DNA of 64,000 nucleotides from Phycisphaerae bacterium (GTDB taxonomy: Bacteria; Planctomycetota; Phycisphaerae; UBA1845; Fen-1342): assembly GCA_963675745.2 (NCBI GenBank), contig CAXXWX010000005.1, positions 1 through 64,000 on the forward strand, read 5' to 3'. Shown here piece after piece: positions 47,631 through 58,949 of the stretch. The notes under the pieces were generated by a model that saw only the letters and a list, made by a program, of their open reading frames with translations, was not told where the DNA came from and did no database searches. Position numbers and translations under genes: made by a program. Within the stretch, counting starts at the first letter, position 1. Each line of letters starts with the position of its first letter.

Positions 47631-49092
47631 ATGCGCGGCAGACTGCATTACTCTGATCTTCATCGGCATGGCCATCGGCGCGGCCGTCGGAACCGGACTC
47701 TGGCTGGTGAAACGCGGGGCCGCCGCCGGCGACGTGCCACTGCCGGCCTATTGGGTGCCGACCGTCTGGACGCTCGAGCTGATCGGCCGGCATATGTTCA
47801 TCTCGGCACTCAAGATGATCATCGCCCCGTTGATCTTCGCCAGCATTGTCGCCGGCGTTACCAGCTTGCCCAACATGCGCGAGGTCGGCGCCATCGGCTG
47901 GAAAACTCTGGTCTACTACGCACTAACCACCACCGTCGCCGTGACCATTGGCCTGATCTGCGTGCTCACCATACAGCCGGGCAAGAAAGCCGCGCCGCTC
48001 AACGAGCGCAAAGTGCGCGTCGCGCAACTCGCGGCGCGCCAGGTGGAATATCGCGAAAAAACCGGCGTTGAGCCGATGGACCGTGACGGAGAGCCGACGC
48101 ACGACTACCTGCGCTGGCTCACGCAAAAAGAGTCGGCGGCCTTCGCCGGCACCGGCCAGCAGGCCCTCTTCGAAAAACTGGTGCGCGCCCGGGAGCGCAC
48201 GCCCGCCGACATGTTCGTCCAGGACATCATAAAGCCGATTCTGATGAATCCTTTTCAGGCCCTGGCCAAGGACCCGCCCAACGCGCTGGGCATCATATTC
48301 TTCGCACTGTTGTTCGGCATCGGCTGCACTTTTGTCGGCGACGTCGCGGCCCCCGTGGTCGGTTTCTTCAAGGCCCTTAACTCGATCATCATGCAGATCA
48401 CCCACTGGATCATGTCGGTTTCGCCCTTTGCCATCGCGTGCATAGTGGCGTGGCTCGTGGCGGAAAAGGGGCTCGAGGTCTTCGTTACCCTGGGTTGGTA
48501 TTGCGGCACCGTCATCGGCGGCATCGGCATCCATATCTGTATGTTGCTGGCGATCGCATGGCTGGTTGGTGGCAAGACCCCGCTGGCGATCTGGACCGGC
48601 ATCCGCGAAGCCTGGCTGATAGCGTTCAGCACGCGCTCCAGCGCGGCAACATTGCCCATCACCATGTCGTGCGCAACCGAAAAACTCCAAGTCTCCCCCA
48701 AGGTCGCCGGCTTTTCCCTGCCGCTCGGCGCGACGATGAACATGGATGGAACCGCGCTCTACGAGGGCGTCGCTGTCATCTTCCTCATCCAGATCTACGG
48801 CGGCCTGACGGATGTGCCTATCGCCGAGATGACCATGGTCGCGACATTCCTGATTTTCATCACGGCTGTGCTGGCTTCGGTCGGAGCGGCCGCGGTGCCC
48901 GATGCGGGCCTGGTGACCATGGTGCTGGTGGCCAGCGCCGTGGGCTTGCCGATTTACTACCTGCCGCTGATCTTTGCCGTTGACGCGTTTCTCGATATGT
49001 TCCGCACATCGACGAATGTGCTGGGTGATGTTGTGGGCGCGGTGGTGGTAAACCGGCTCGAGCGCAGCCGACTCGGGGACCCGCCTCCATAG
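47631..49092 (+). CDS. Dicarboxylate/amino acid:cation symporter (DAACS); possible 1-nt indel near the start
   Basis: FSTRSSAATLP, GATMNMDGTALY, DMFRTSTNV.GD; alternative in-frame start at ATG 47668. Confidence 0.9.
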
Positions 49093-49094
49093 CC

Positions 49095-49114
49095 GCCGAC
49101 GTCCTCGTCGGCCG
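49095..49114. repeat. REP-like palindrome GCCGACGTCCTCGTCGGCCG
   Basis: Identical direct copy at 50468-50487. Confidence 0.7.
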
Positions 49115-49229
49115 TCGCATGCCAGACAATCGTTGTTGGGTACAGAAGGCCCAACGTTACCGACGGTGGCCGCCGTCATCATTCAACTTGCGGCCGGAGA
49201 GAGTCAAACCCAACGCGCGGAGGAAACCA

Positions 49230-50432
49230 ATGAGCGCGATTCGACAGCTTGCCATCAAGACCCCCAACCAACCTTCCCTGCACGCGATTCCCGTCATCGG
49301 CACAGTGTTGCTTGCCCTGCTGGTCGCGCTGGCCGGGTGTGATAGAAAATCCTCGAGCAGCTCATCCGCGCCGTCGGACGAATCCTCCACCGCCGCGCGG
49401 CAGTCATCGAGCCCCGCACCAGCCGCCGCGAAGAGCGACGCGGCGTCGCGCCGTCCGGCCGCGGCCCCGGCCCCGGCCGCCAAGCCGTTCATCGAACGCG
49501 AGGACGCCAACGACCTGCGCATCGTCGTTTTCAACATCGACAGCGTCTACCCCGAGCGCAAGTACCTCATGAACCGCGCGTTCAAACGCGTGGTCAAGGC
49601 GCTCGATCCCGACATTCTCGCACTTCAGGAGATCGGCGGCATGCACTCGGCCGAGTTCGTAGCCGAGATGCTCGACGAGATTATGCCCTTGGCGGATGGG
49701 GCCAAGTGGCACGCGTACAAGGGTACCTCCAATCACATGGCGAACCTGATTGCCGCGAGATTCCCGTTGTCGATGACCGGTGATGTCACCGTGCCACCGG
49801 CACGCGAGGAAGGCGACCGCCAGGCCCGTGTCGCGTTTGCCCTGATCGACTTGCCGGATGACCGCTTTGCCACCGACCTGTATCTCACCAACCACCATTT
49901 CAAGAGTAGCGGCGGAGAAGCCAACGACGAGCTGCGCCAGGAAGAAGCCGATGCGCTGGTGAACTGGCTGCGCGATGCCCGCACGCCCGGCGACAGCGTG
50001 GACCTGCCGGAGAACACGCCCATCGTCGTTGTCGGTGACCTCAATACGGTCGGCGGACCCCAGATCATCAAGACCGTGCTCACCGGTGACATCCAGGATG
50101 AGCAGCGCTTCGGTGCCGATGCCGCCCCGGATTGGGATGACTCCCCAATGACCGACGCCAAGCCCAAGCACAATGCCGTCGGGCCGGATGTCTACACGTG
50201 GCGCAATGACCGCAGCGAATTCGACCCCGGTCGGCTGGACTACGTCATTTACAGCGACAGCGTGATGGAGGTGGCCCACTCATTCGTACTCAATACCACG
50301 ACCATGTCGGAGAAGCTCCTCGCCGACGCCGGACTTGAGACCTACGACGTGTGCGACGATGGTGTCGGTGTTGTCTTCGATCACTTGCCCCTGGTCGTGG
50401 ACTTCAGGTTGCCGGCGCCATCCGGCGAATAG
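49230..50432 (+). CDS. Endonuclease/exonuclease/phosphatase-family lipoprotein
   Basis: LAGC lipobox; DILALQEI, VGDLN, RLDYV, DHLP. Confidence 0.88.
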   Translation: MSAIRQLAIKTPNQPSLHAIPVIGTVLLALLVALAGCDRKSSSSSSAPSDESSTAARQSSSPAPAAAKSDAASRRPAAAPAPAAKPFIEREDANDLRIVVFNIDSVYPERKYLMNRAFKRVVKALDPDILALQEIGGMHSAEFVAEMLDEIMPLADGAKWHAYKGTSNHMANLIAARFPLSMTGDVTVPPAREEGDRQARVAFALIDLPDDRFATDLYLTNHHFKSSGGEANDELRQEEADALVNWLRDARTPGDSVDLPENTPIVVVGDLNTVGGPQIIKTVLTGDIQDEQRFGADAAPDWDDSPMTDAKPKHNAVGPDVYTWRNDRSEFDPGRLDYVIYSDSVMEVAHSFVLNTTTMSEKLLADAGLETYDVCDDGVGVVFDHLPLVVDFRLPAPSGE

Positions 50433-50541
50433 ACGACCGGCGTGCAGTACGCGGAACCAGCGTGGCGGCCGACGTCCTCGTCGGCCGCTGCGTCGGGTTG
50501 ACGCGACACTCGACGGGCTGGGCGAGAACGGGCCACTGTCG

Positions 50542-50946
50542 ATGATCAAGCGAATCAGCATACAGTCGCGCGGACTCGGCCTGCACGAGATTACCGGCGA
50601 CGTGCAGGCGGTCGTGAGCGCCGCCGGCTGTACCGAGGGGCTCTGCACCATTCTGATTCAACACACGTCGGCCAGCCTGACGATTCAGGAAAACGCCGAC
50701 CCCAGCGCCCGGCATGATCTGGAGCGTTGGCTCGACCGCCTCGTGCCCGAAGCTGATCCCCACTATACCCACACACACGAAGGCCCCGACGACATGCCGG
50801 CCCACATCAAAGCAGCCCTCACCGCGACGTCACTGGCGATTCCCGTGCTTGACGGGCGCCTGGCGTTGGGCACCTGGCAGGGTGTTTATATCTGGGAGCA
50901 CCGCCGCCGCGGCGGCACGCGCCGCTGCGTCATTCACGTCGCATAA
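50542..50946 (+). CDS. yjbQ: YjbQ/UPF0047-family protein
   Basis: HTSASLTIQENADP, EGPDDMPAHIK, LGTWQG. Confidence 0.92.
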   Translation: MIKRISIQSRGLGLHEITGDVQAVVSAAGCTEGLCTILIQHTSASLTIQENADPSARHDLERWLDRLVPEADPHYTHTHEGPDDMPAHIKAALTATSLAIPVLDGRLALGTWQGVYIWEHRRRGGTRRCVIHVA

Positions 50947-50990
50947 CACAGCCGCTCGAACGCCGCGCCCTGAACGGGCGCCCGTCGTGT

Positions 50991-52061
50991 TCACGCTCGC
51001 CGTAGAGGCCGGCGACCCGCCATTACTCCGACCAACAGCAGGATCAACGAAGACGGCTCCGGTGTCTGCGGATCTTCATGAGGCAGATTCGGATCGCTTC
51101 CCGGCGGTAGTGGTTCATCGTCTGGTACGTACGGCGCTGGCTCGTCGTACGGCGGGTCCACGAAAACGAGTTCGTCTCCACCACCCGTGCCACGCGGCTC
51201 ACCCGGCAATGGCGGGTCGAGCCAGTCCAATGGCGGTGTGTACGCCGGCGGTGAATCCCACATATCCGGCACAGTTATGATCTGGCCGATTCCTCCACCC
51301 AGCGCCGAGCCGCCCCCACTGGCTCCGCTGCCACCACCGCCACCACCACTCAGCGCGCGCTCGCCCCAATTCACCGAGGTTAGCAGCGCGATGGGCAGCC
51401 CGCCCACTTCCACTGTCGAGAACAGCTCGGTCTCCGGCTTGATCGCAAGCACGGACGTGCGGAAGACCACGCAGGCACACGTCGGATCGGCACCGGCCTG
51501 TTGGACAATGTCTGCCGGCTCGTGACTGGCCCACATCCAACGTGCCTGGGGTTTGATCTCCGGTATCACGCCATGACTTTCGCCGTCATTGCGGCCGCCG
51601 ACGTAGGTTTCGTCCCAGGTATTGCCAACGTTGGCAGCCCGAATGATGGCCCGCAGCTCTTCCGGATCGGGCGCCGGATCACTGGCGTCACGCCGTAGTC
51701 CGGTGCGCACGACGCGCCAGGTTGCGTCACCACTCGTCAATGTCAACCCGTCAGTATCGAACTGCGCCAGCACGCCGGTGCTGTTCACCGCTGCGCCCCA
51801 GACAACCATGTACACCTGATTCTCGCCGTCAACGCGGAACGAGTGTTCCTCGGGCAACGCCCATGCGGCGGGAGTTGGCGGCGCCATCGGTCGCGGTGTG
51901 CAGTTACCCCCGATCAACGTCAGGCCTTCGCCCGTCGCCGCACCGATGTAGAGCGCGTAGCAATCTCGTGTTGAGACCACGGCATCCACGTCAGCGGCCT
52001 GGGTCACTGATGCCCAAACGCACAGCGGCAATACAAGCGCGAGGAGATACCAACGTCGCAT
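50991..52061 (-). CDS. PEP-CTERM-type secreted protein
   Basis: Signal peptide; C-terminal TPEPSSLILLLVG..RR. Confidence 0.75.
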   Translation of the reverse strand: MRRWYLLALVLPLCVWASVTQAADVDAVVSTRDCYALYIGAATGEGLTLIGGNCTPRPMAPPTPAAWALPEEHSFRVDGENQVYMVVWGAAVNSTGVLAQFDTDGLTLTSGDATWRVVRTGLRRDASDPAPDPEELRAIIRAANVGNTWDETYVGGRNDGESHGVIPEIKPQARWMWASHEPADIVQQAGADPTCACVVFRTSVLAIKPETELFSTVEVGGLPIALLTSVNWGERALSGGGGGGSGASGGGSALGGGIGQIITVPDMWDSPPAYTPPLDWLDPPLPGEPRGTGGGDELVFVDPPYDEPAPYVPDDEPLPPGSDPNLPHEDPQTPEPSSLILLLVGVMAGRRPLRRA

Positions 52062-52386
52062 GATCACGCCCTCGAAAAGGCCCGGCGATGGTTCTCGGTT
52101 ACCCGCGCCGCTTGGTGGGTCAGACCGGTCAGCGCGCGTCGGTGGGAGATTACGTCCGCATCCTGTGCGGCCCTGGTGCTCTGACCAATACTAGGATCGC
52201 ACGCCGCGCACGATCCACCGGGTCTGCGGTGTGAAAAAAAAACGCGTTTTGCGCACCCACCCGGATACGCCCATCGACCGCATCGTTTATTGGACACCCC
52301 CCCGACCGCCCCCACTCACGCAACAATAAAACCCGCGCCTACTCAGACCTTGCCGATAAGCCCGTTACGCCCCCGCCGCGAAACCC

Positions 52387-52421
52387 GTTCCCCGTTCCCT
52401 GTTCCCTGTTCCCAGTTCCCT
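52387..52421. repeat. Heptamer tandem repeat (GTTCCCN)x5
   Basis: Read directly in the divergent intergenic region. Confidence 0.8.
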
Positions 52422-52512
52422 GCCTTCCTGTACCATCGCCCCTGTACCGACTAGGATACCCCATCAAGTCGCACGCCCGTGCGGCGGCCCGACCTGATGG
52501 AGAATCACCCGC

Positions 52513-53307
52513 GTGAATACCGGCAAAGGCACCCCCGGCGACGCCGAAACCGTCGCTTCGGCTGATCTGTTCAAGGAAGTCGGGGCCATTGCGCGCCGCC
52601 TGGGGCCGGCCAGCGTTCTGGCCGTGATCGCCGCCGCCCTGCCCGCCCTCGGCGGATTCGCGCTCCTGTATTTCATTGATACCGCGTCGACCGCGCTACG
52701 CGAACACCAGAATGCGGGCCTGGCTATCTATACGCTGGTCTTCGCTCTCACGTCGGGTCTCGCCCTGCTGCCAACCTACGCCCAGGCTCTGCTCGGCGGG
52801 TGGGCGTTCGGCGTCTGGATCGGCGTGCCCGCCGCACTTGTCGGGTTCACCGGCGGGGCACTCATCGGCTACGCCGTTGCCCGTCGCGCTTCGGGCGAGC
52901 GCGTAACACAGCTCATCAACGAGAAGCCGAAGTGGCGTGCCGTGTACGAGGCGTTGCTGGGCGGCGGTTTCTGGCGCACCCTGGGGCTGATCACGCTCCT
53001 GCGCATTCCACCCAACTCCCCGTTTGCGATCACCAATCTGGTTATGGCCGCCACGCGCGTGCCGCTTGTGCCATACATCATTGGCACGATTGTCGGCATG
53101 GCGCCGCGCACCGCCGTCGCGGTCTACTTCGGCAGCCGGCTTGAAGGTGATTTCTCAATGGGGCGCCCCTGGTGGATGATTCTCGCCAGCATAATCTGCG
53201 CGATCATCATCCTTGCGGTCATCGGACACATCGGCAACCGCGCCATCGCCCGCGTGACCGGCGCAACCACCGCCGATCCCGAAGACACGCCAACTCCCGC
53301 AGACTAG
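52513..53307 (+). CDS. VTT-domain (TVP38/YdjX) membrane protein
   Basis: GWAFG..G, LLRIPP.SPFAITN. Confidence 0.85.
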   Translation: MNTGKGTPGDAETVASADLFKEVGAIARRLGPASVLAVIAAALPALGGFALLYFIDTASTALREHQNAGLAIYTLVFALTSGLALLPTYAQALLGGWAFGVWIGVPAALVGFTGGALIGYAVARRASGERVTQLINEKPKWRAVYEALLGGGFWRTLGLITLLRIPPNSPFAITNLVMAATRVPLVPYIIGTIVGMAPRTAVAVYFGSRLEGDFSMGRPWWMILASIICAIIILAVIGHIGNRAIARVTGATTADPEDTPTPAD

Positions 53308-53378
53308 CGCATCTTAAGAAACGGCGTCAGTGTGCCACGGCTCGTGGCGGTGAGGTGCCGCCGCTCTGGAGACAGGTC

Positions 53379-56250
53379 CTATTCCTCCGCCGGCAGCTTG
53401 CCGCGCCACTCGGCTGCGGCGTCCGGCTGGCCCCACATATCGTACAGGTCGACCAGTGCCTCGACCGCATCGACCGTCCGCATGTTGCCCGGCCCGGCTG
53501 CGTTGAGAAATCCCTCGTAGCACTCGAGGAAAATCTCCTCCGCCTCTTCATATCGCTGCTGACCGCGATAACAGCGCCCCAGTGACATCCGAGCCGTCAG
53601 GCGAAACCAGTGTCCCGGCGGTGCGGTTGCATCGACTTTCTCCACCAGGTCCGCCAGCAATGCCTCCGCCTCCTCAAACTCACCCATCGCGACAAGCAGC
53701 AGTCCGAGGTTGTTGGTGAACATCAGCGTGCGAATTCCGGTCGGACCATACGCCTCATGGCAGGCTTTCACCACCTGCCGCATGATTTCCTCAGTCTCCG
53801 CCAGCTTACCCTGGCCGTGTAACACGCCGGCATAGCCGTTCAGGCAGTCGATGGTCACCGGGTGATTCTCGCCGTGTATCTGGCGCGCGAGCGCGACGGC
53901 GTCGGCGAGGTACCCCTCGGCCTCCTCCAGCTTGCCGCGCAGCCGCAACGCGATCCCGAGGTTGAGCAGTGATTTGAGCGTGTCCGGATGGCGCGCCCCG
54001 AGGATTTCGGGCGCCTGGGCGGCGACCTCGCGCGAGAGAGACTCTGCTTCCTCAAGCGCACCGGACTCGGTCAGGTGTCCAATCAGGTTCAGCTTGGCCT
54101 GCACGGTACTGCGGTGGTCCTCGCCATACAGCTCGCGCGCCAGCCTCAACACCTCGCGCTTCAACGCTCCGGCTTCCTCCAGGCGACCGCGGTCGCCAAC
54201 CACCGACGCAAGATTCTGCAGCGCGACCAACCGTTGGGGCGAATCCTCACCGTGCCGCTCCGCCCAGAGCTGTTCAATCCCGCGCAGCAGCTCCTCGGCC
54301 TCCTCCAACCGCCCGCGCTCGCGCAGCAGAACCGCCAGCCCGTTTGTAGCTTCGAGCGTGGCGTTCGCGTCGTCGCCGAACGCGGCACGCATCACGGTGA
54401 GCACGTCGCTCAGCTCCACCTCCGCCTCGTCGATCCGGCCCTGCTCCCTCAGTACGCCGGCGAGTTGAAAGCGCAGGTCGAGCGTGTCCGCGTGGTTTTC
54501 CCCCCAATTCGGCGGCGTAGCGCGCGATCAGGTAGCGGTACAGCGTCTCCGCCACCTCCAGGCGGCCCTGTTGCCAGCGCAGCTCAGCCAGGCAGCCAAG
54601 CGACGCCCACGTGTCAGGATGATCCGGCCCCAAGTGGGCCAGCCGCAAATCACGCGCCGTCTCCAGATGCCGCTCAGCATCCGGATAATCACTGATATTG
54701 CAGTAGACCATGCCGATCGTGTTGTGGATCTCAGCTTGAATGGTCGGGAAACCCGCAAGCTCGGTGTCGATCCGTTCGGCGGCGTCGTCGAGAATCTCCC
54801 GCAGCAGACTGACGTCGCGGCCCAGCGCCTCCTGTGGATTAACGTGCCGCAACATGTCCATCAAGAACGCGCTGATCGTTTCCGCCTTGGCGGCGGCGGC
54901 CTCCGCGTCAGCTTGCGCGGCCAGTGCATCGTCGAGTCGCGTCGACGCCAACGCCTCGGCCCGCGTCGCGCGCAGCCACTGCACCGTGCTGATCACCGTG
55001 CCGGCCACCAGCGCCAAGACCACCACCAACATCGCGCCCACCAGCGTCCGATGCCGCCGCGCAAACTTGCGCATCTGGTATAGCGCGCTTGCCGGTCGCG
55101 CCGCGATCGGCTCGTCATTCAGAAAACGCCGAATGTCAGCGGCCATCTCGGCTGCGGATTGGTAACGGCGTCCGCGGTCCTTCTCGAGCGCCGTCGCGAC
55201 AATCGTCTCAAGGTCGCCGCGCAGCGAACGATTCGCCGTGCTCAAACGGGCGGCGGTCTCCTCGCGAATGACGCGCACCGCCTCCGGCACATTCTTGCCG
55301 CGCACTTCGTAGGGCAGTTGACCCGTGAGCGCTTGATACGCGACTACGCCCAGCGCGTAGACATCCGAGCGCGTGTCCAGTTGACTCGAATCACCCTCGA
55401 CCTGCTCCGGGCTCATGTAGGGCAACGTGCCGATCAATTGCCCGAGATCGGTGTGCATGGTCGTCACGCTCACGTCGGCATCGGTCATGCGCGCCACGCC
55501 GAAATCGAGTATCTTCGGCTGTCCGGATTCGGTGATCCGGATGTTGCCAGGCTTGAGGTCGCGGTGAATCACGCCCTTCTGATGGGCGGCGTGAACCGCA
55601 TCGCAGATTCTGGCCAGCAATTCAAGGCGGCGACGCAGCGAGATGCCGGCCCGCTCGACGTAGCGGCCCAGCGCTTCGCCGCGTACCAGTTCCATGGCGA
55701 GGAATGGCTGCTCGACCGTCACGCCGCCGGCCCGCGTGACGGTGGCGGTGCCGGCTTCGTATATCTGCGCGATTCCCGGGTCCTGAAGCTGTCCGAGCAC
55801 ATGTGCCTCGAACTGAAATCGACGCATCACGTCTCGCGACGCCAACCCCGGGCGGATGATCTTCAGGGCGACGGTGCGGCGCGGGATATCCTGCTCCGCT
55901 TCATACACCACCCCCATCCCGCCGGCCCCGATTCTGCTGATGACCCGGTAGCGACCGATCTGGGCCGGCATCTCCTCATCGGCCTCGGGCCACGGATCGA
56001 GACCGGATGAGGGCTCGTCCTTGGCGGCACCCGGCGCAAACGCGCGCAACGCCTCCGCAGCTTCAACCGGTCGGCGAATCGGCAACGTCTGCTGATCGTG
56101 AGCCAGCAGCGATTCAACTTCCGAGCGCAGCTCGGCATCCGTCGCACCCAGGCGGTCGAGGTACACGCGGCGCTCTGCCGCCTCCAGGACGCAGGCCTCG
56201 CCATACGCGCTCTTGATTTGCTGATATCGTTCCGGTGTCACCGGTACCAC
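53379..56250 (-). pseudogene. Hanks-type Ser/Thr kinase-TM-TPR protein split by a +1 indel in a G6 run (54500-54505)
   Basis: IGAGGMGVVY, HRDLKP, DFG, YMSPEQ; removing one G gives LGENHADTLDLRFQLA.. in frame with TPR ORF 53379..54419. Confidence 0.88.
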
Positions 56251-56403
56251 CTGCCCACGGAGTGCGTGCTCCGGGTCGTGCGCACGTGTTAACAGGGTCT
56301 CGGCCGCAACTCATGCGGCTGCCAACCCCAGCGCTGCCCCCGGCAGATCGCGATTATAACCGAACGCACCGCCGAGTGACGCGACTTATATCTGGTCGCG
56401 GCG

Positions 56404-58050
56404 TCAGTTCGGGCAAACCGCCACAACCCACACCGTTTCGTAGCGGCCCTTAACGTAGTTGAAACCTGTCACGCCGTTCCAACCCGCCGCTTCCGTCCCG
56501 GATGCCAGGCCCGCGCGATCGAGCAACTCGCCGGCCACGATCACTACCCTGGACTGCCCTGTGCATGTCAGTTCCTGCGCGATTTCCCCGCGCGGCACGA
56601 TGCGCGCCTGACGCTTTAGGTAGTAGTAGATCGTGGGCTCCTCGTCGGTGGTCGCGACCAGCTCGACGTCGGGCGTCATAAGCGCATTCGCCCGCTTTGC
56701 TACGTTCACGCTCAGCCGATGCGCTTCGAGGCTTGGCAGCAAGCACAGTCCGACCATGACGTGGAACACGCCTGTCACGCCGGCGGCAGTGGCCCAGGTG
56801 ACAATCAGGCGGCGCCGCGCGGCAAACCACGCGACCAGCACGAACCCACCCACCAGCGCGCCGCCGCACACCAGCGCCGCGCTACCCCACGTTTGCCCGC
56901 TGCCGAAATATCCGGCACCTGCCAGCGCGCCACCACAAGCCGCCGCCAGCGCGATCCAGACGAACAGCACGACCCGCTGCCCGGCGGTGATGGTCGCGTC
57001 CACACCGCGGTCCCACATTCGCCCGAACATGATTGCCAGGGGCACGAAACAGGGCAGCACATAGTGCGGCAGCTTGCCCGGAATGAGCTCCAGCAGCAGC
57101 CACGGCACCACGAACCAGATCACCAGCAACATGGCACGCCGGTCATCCCGCCGCGCGCGCCATGCTTCGAACAGCGCCCCCGGCACGAGCACGCTCCACG
57201 GCATCCAGCCGGCCAGCCCGACTACTGCGTAATAGCCCGGCGGCCCGACGTGCCCGTGTGGCGGCTCGGTGAAGCGCGAGATGATCTCGTACCCGAGGAA
57301 CTGCTCGGCCAGCGCCCCACCCCCGTGTCGGCCGATGTACCAGTACCAGGGTGCCGCGATCATGATCGCCACCGGGCACGGCAACCACAGCCGCCATGAC
57401 GCCAGCCAGCGGCGCGAGCGCGCCGATTTGAGCAGCGCCAACCCGAACCCCGCCAGGAACAGGGCCACCACCGGCCCCTTTGTCAGCACCGCCAGGCCGA
57501 CGTAGAGCCAGAATACCATGCCGCCGCACAGCGTCGCGCCGCGCTCGGATGTCCGCCAGAGCGCGCACATCGCCGCCAGCATCCACAAGAGCAGCAACGC
57601 ATCGGTGATCATCAGACGCCCGAGAATCACCGGCATCCCCGCAGTCACAAACGAAACGGCCGCAATCCACGCCACCCGTCGGCCGTACAGCGCGGCGGCT
57701 AGCGCTGCCAGTAGCTGCACCACCGCCGCCATCGCGATCACGGACACAAGCCGGCCCGCCCATTCCTGCTGACCGAACACACGCCAAAGACCGCCCACAC
57801 ACCAGTACAGAAGCGGCGGCTTGCCGATCCACGGCTGCCCCAGATAACGCGGGACCAGCCAATCTCCGCTATCGAGCATCTCGCGCGTCACCTCGGCGTA
57901 CCAGCCCTCATCCCGATCGGTGAAGCTCACGCCGAATGTGCCCGGCAGGAAAATCGCCAGCGAGATCAGCAGGAGTGCCACCCGATCGCCGATCGGGAGC
58001 GAGCCGCCTGTCCCGGGCGCCACGTGGTGTTGAACGGGGTCGTTGGACAT
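56404..58050 (-). CDS. ArnT/GT83-family (PMT-like) glycosyltransferase
   Basis: DRDEGWYA..REML, KPPLLYW, LTKGP, KLPHYVLP. Confidence 0.9.
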   Translation of the reverse strand: MSNDPVQHHVAPGTGGSLPIGDRVALLLISLAIFLPGTFGVSFTDRDEGWYAEVTREMLDSGDWLVPRYLGQPWIGKPPLLYWCVGGLWRVFGQQEWAGRLVSVIAMAAVVQLLAALAAALYGRRVAWIAAVSFVTAGMPVILGRLMITDALLLLWMLAAMCALWRTSERGATLCGGMVFWLYVGLAVLTKGPVVALFLAGFGLALLKSARSRRWLASWRLWLPCPVAIMIAAPWYWYIGRHGGGALAEQFLGYEIISRFTEPPHGHVGPPGYYAVVGLAGWMPWSVLVPGALFEAWRARRDDRRAMLLVIWFVVPWLLLELIPGKLPHYVLPCFVPLAIMFGRMWDRGVDATITAGQRVVLFVWIALAAACGGALAGAGYFGSGQTWGSAALVCGGALVGGFVLVAWFAARRRLIVTWATAAGVTGVFHVMVGLCLLPSLEAHRLSVNVAKRANALMTPDVELVATTDEEPTIYYYLKRQARIVPRGEIAQELTCTGQSRVVIVAGELLDRAGLASGTEAAGWNGVTGFNYVKGRYETVWVVAVCPN

Positions 58051-58115
58051 GTGCCTGGCATGCTACTCGCCGCGCCGGGCTTGCGAAACACGCGCCCAGC
58101 CGTTTCACTTCCCGG

Positions 58116-58949
58116 ATGTCGCGCGATCCGACCATCCGCCTGCCCTGGTACCCGCTGGTCATCGGCGCCGGCCTGTCCCTGCTTGCGGTCTTTATCGACC
58201 AGCCGGTCGTGGCCGCCCTGAGCCAGGGAGGCGCCGCGCATAACAACGTCTGGCTCGTCATCAAGCTGCTCGAGCCGATCGCCGCCCTGTGCCTGTTGCT
58301 GGTGTTCATGGTGACATTGTGGCGGCGGCAGCGCCTGGCGCGCGCCCTGATGTTCCTGGTGGCCGCTATCGCCGTGAATATCACGCTGGAGCTGCTTCGC
58401 CTCAGGATCGCGCCGGATTCTCCTGGGGCCGCAGCGCTTCAGTCGCTGCAGTCCGGCGTCGGATGGGCGTTGGTGCTCGCGCTGCTGAGTCTTTACGCGA
58501 ATGGCCAGCGTCTGTGCGCCGGCTTCCTGACGGCGGTTGTGGCGTCAACCACGCTCACGCACTTGCTCAAGTGGCTCATCGGACGTGCGCGACCACACAC
58601 CGATCTGGGCCTGTTCCACTTCAATCCGCTGCATGGTGGCCAGGGCGACTTTGAGTCGTTCCCTTCCGGCCATGCCAGCGCGGCCGCCACGCTCGCGCTG
58701 CTGCTCAGCCTTTACTTCCCGCGTGCCCGGCTGCTGTTTCTTGCCACCGCCATCCTGACGGGATTGGAACGGATCGCCGCGGACAAGCACTTTCCGTCTG
58801 ACGTGCTGGCGGGCTACGTGCTGGGTTTGACAACGGTATACGTGGTGGTACGGATTCTGGGCAGCGACTATTACCGCCTGGAACTCCCCGCGCCCCCACT
58901 CACCGATGCCACGCCGCCATCGGCTACGGGCTCACAATCTTCTCTCTGA
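58116..58949 (+). CDS. PAP2-family phosphatase
   Basis: K..IGRARP, SFPSGH, R....HFPSDV. Confidence 0.9.
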   Translation: MSRDPTIRLPWYPLVIGAGLSLLAVFIDQPVVAALSQGGAAHNNVWLVIKLLEPIAALCLLLVFMVTLWRRQRLARALMFLVAAIAVNITLELLRLRIAPDSPGAAALQSLQSGVGWALVLALLSLYANGQRLCAGFLTAVVASTTLTHLLKWLIGRARPHTDLGLFHFNPLHGGQGDFESFPSGHASAAATLALLLSLYFPRARLLFLATAILTGLERIAADKHFPSDVLAGYVLGLTTVYVVVRILGSDYYRLELPAPPLTDATPPSATGSQSSL

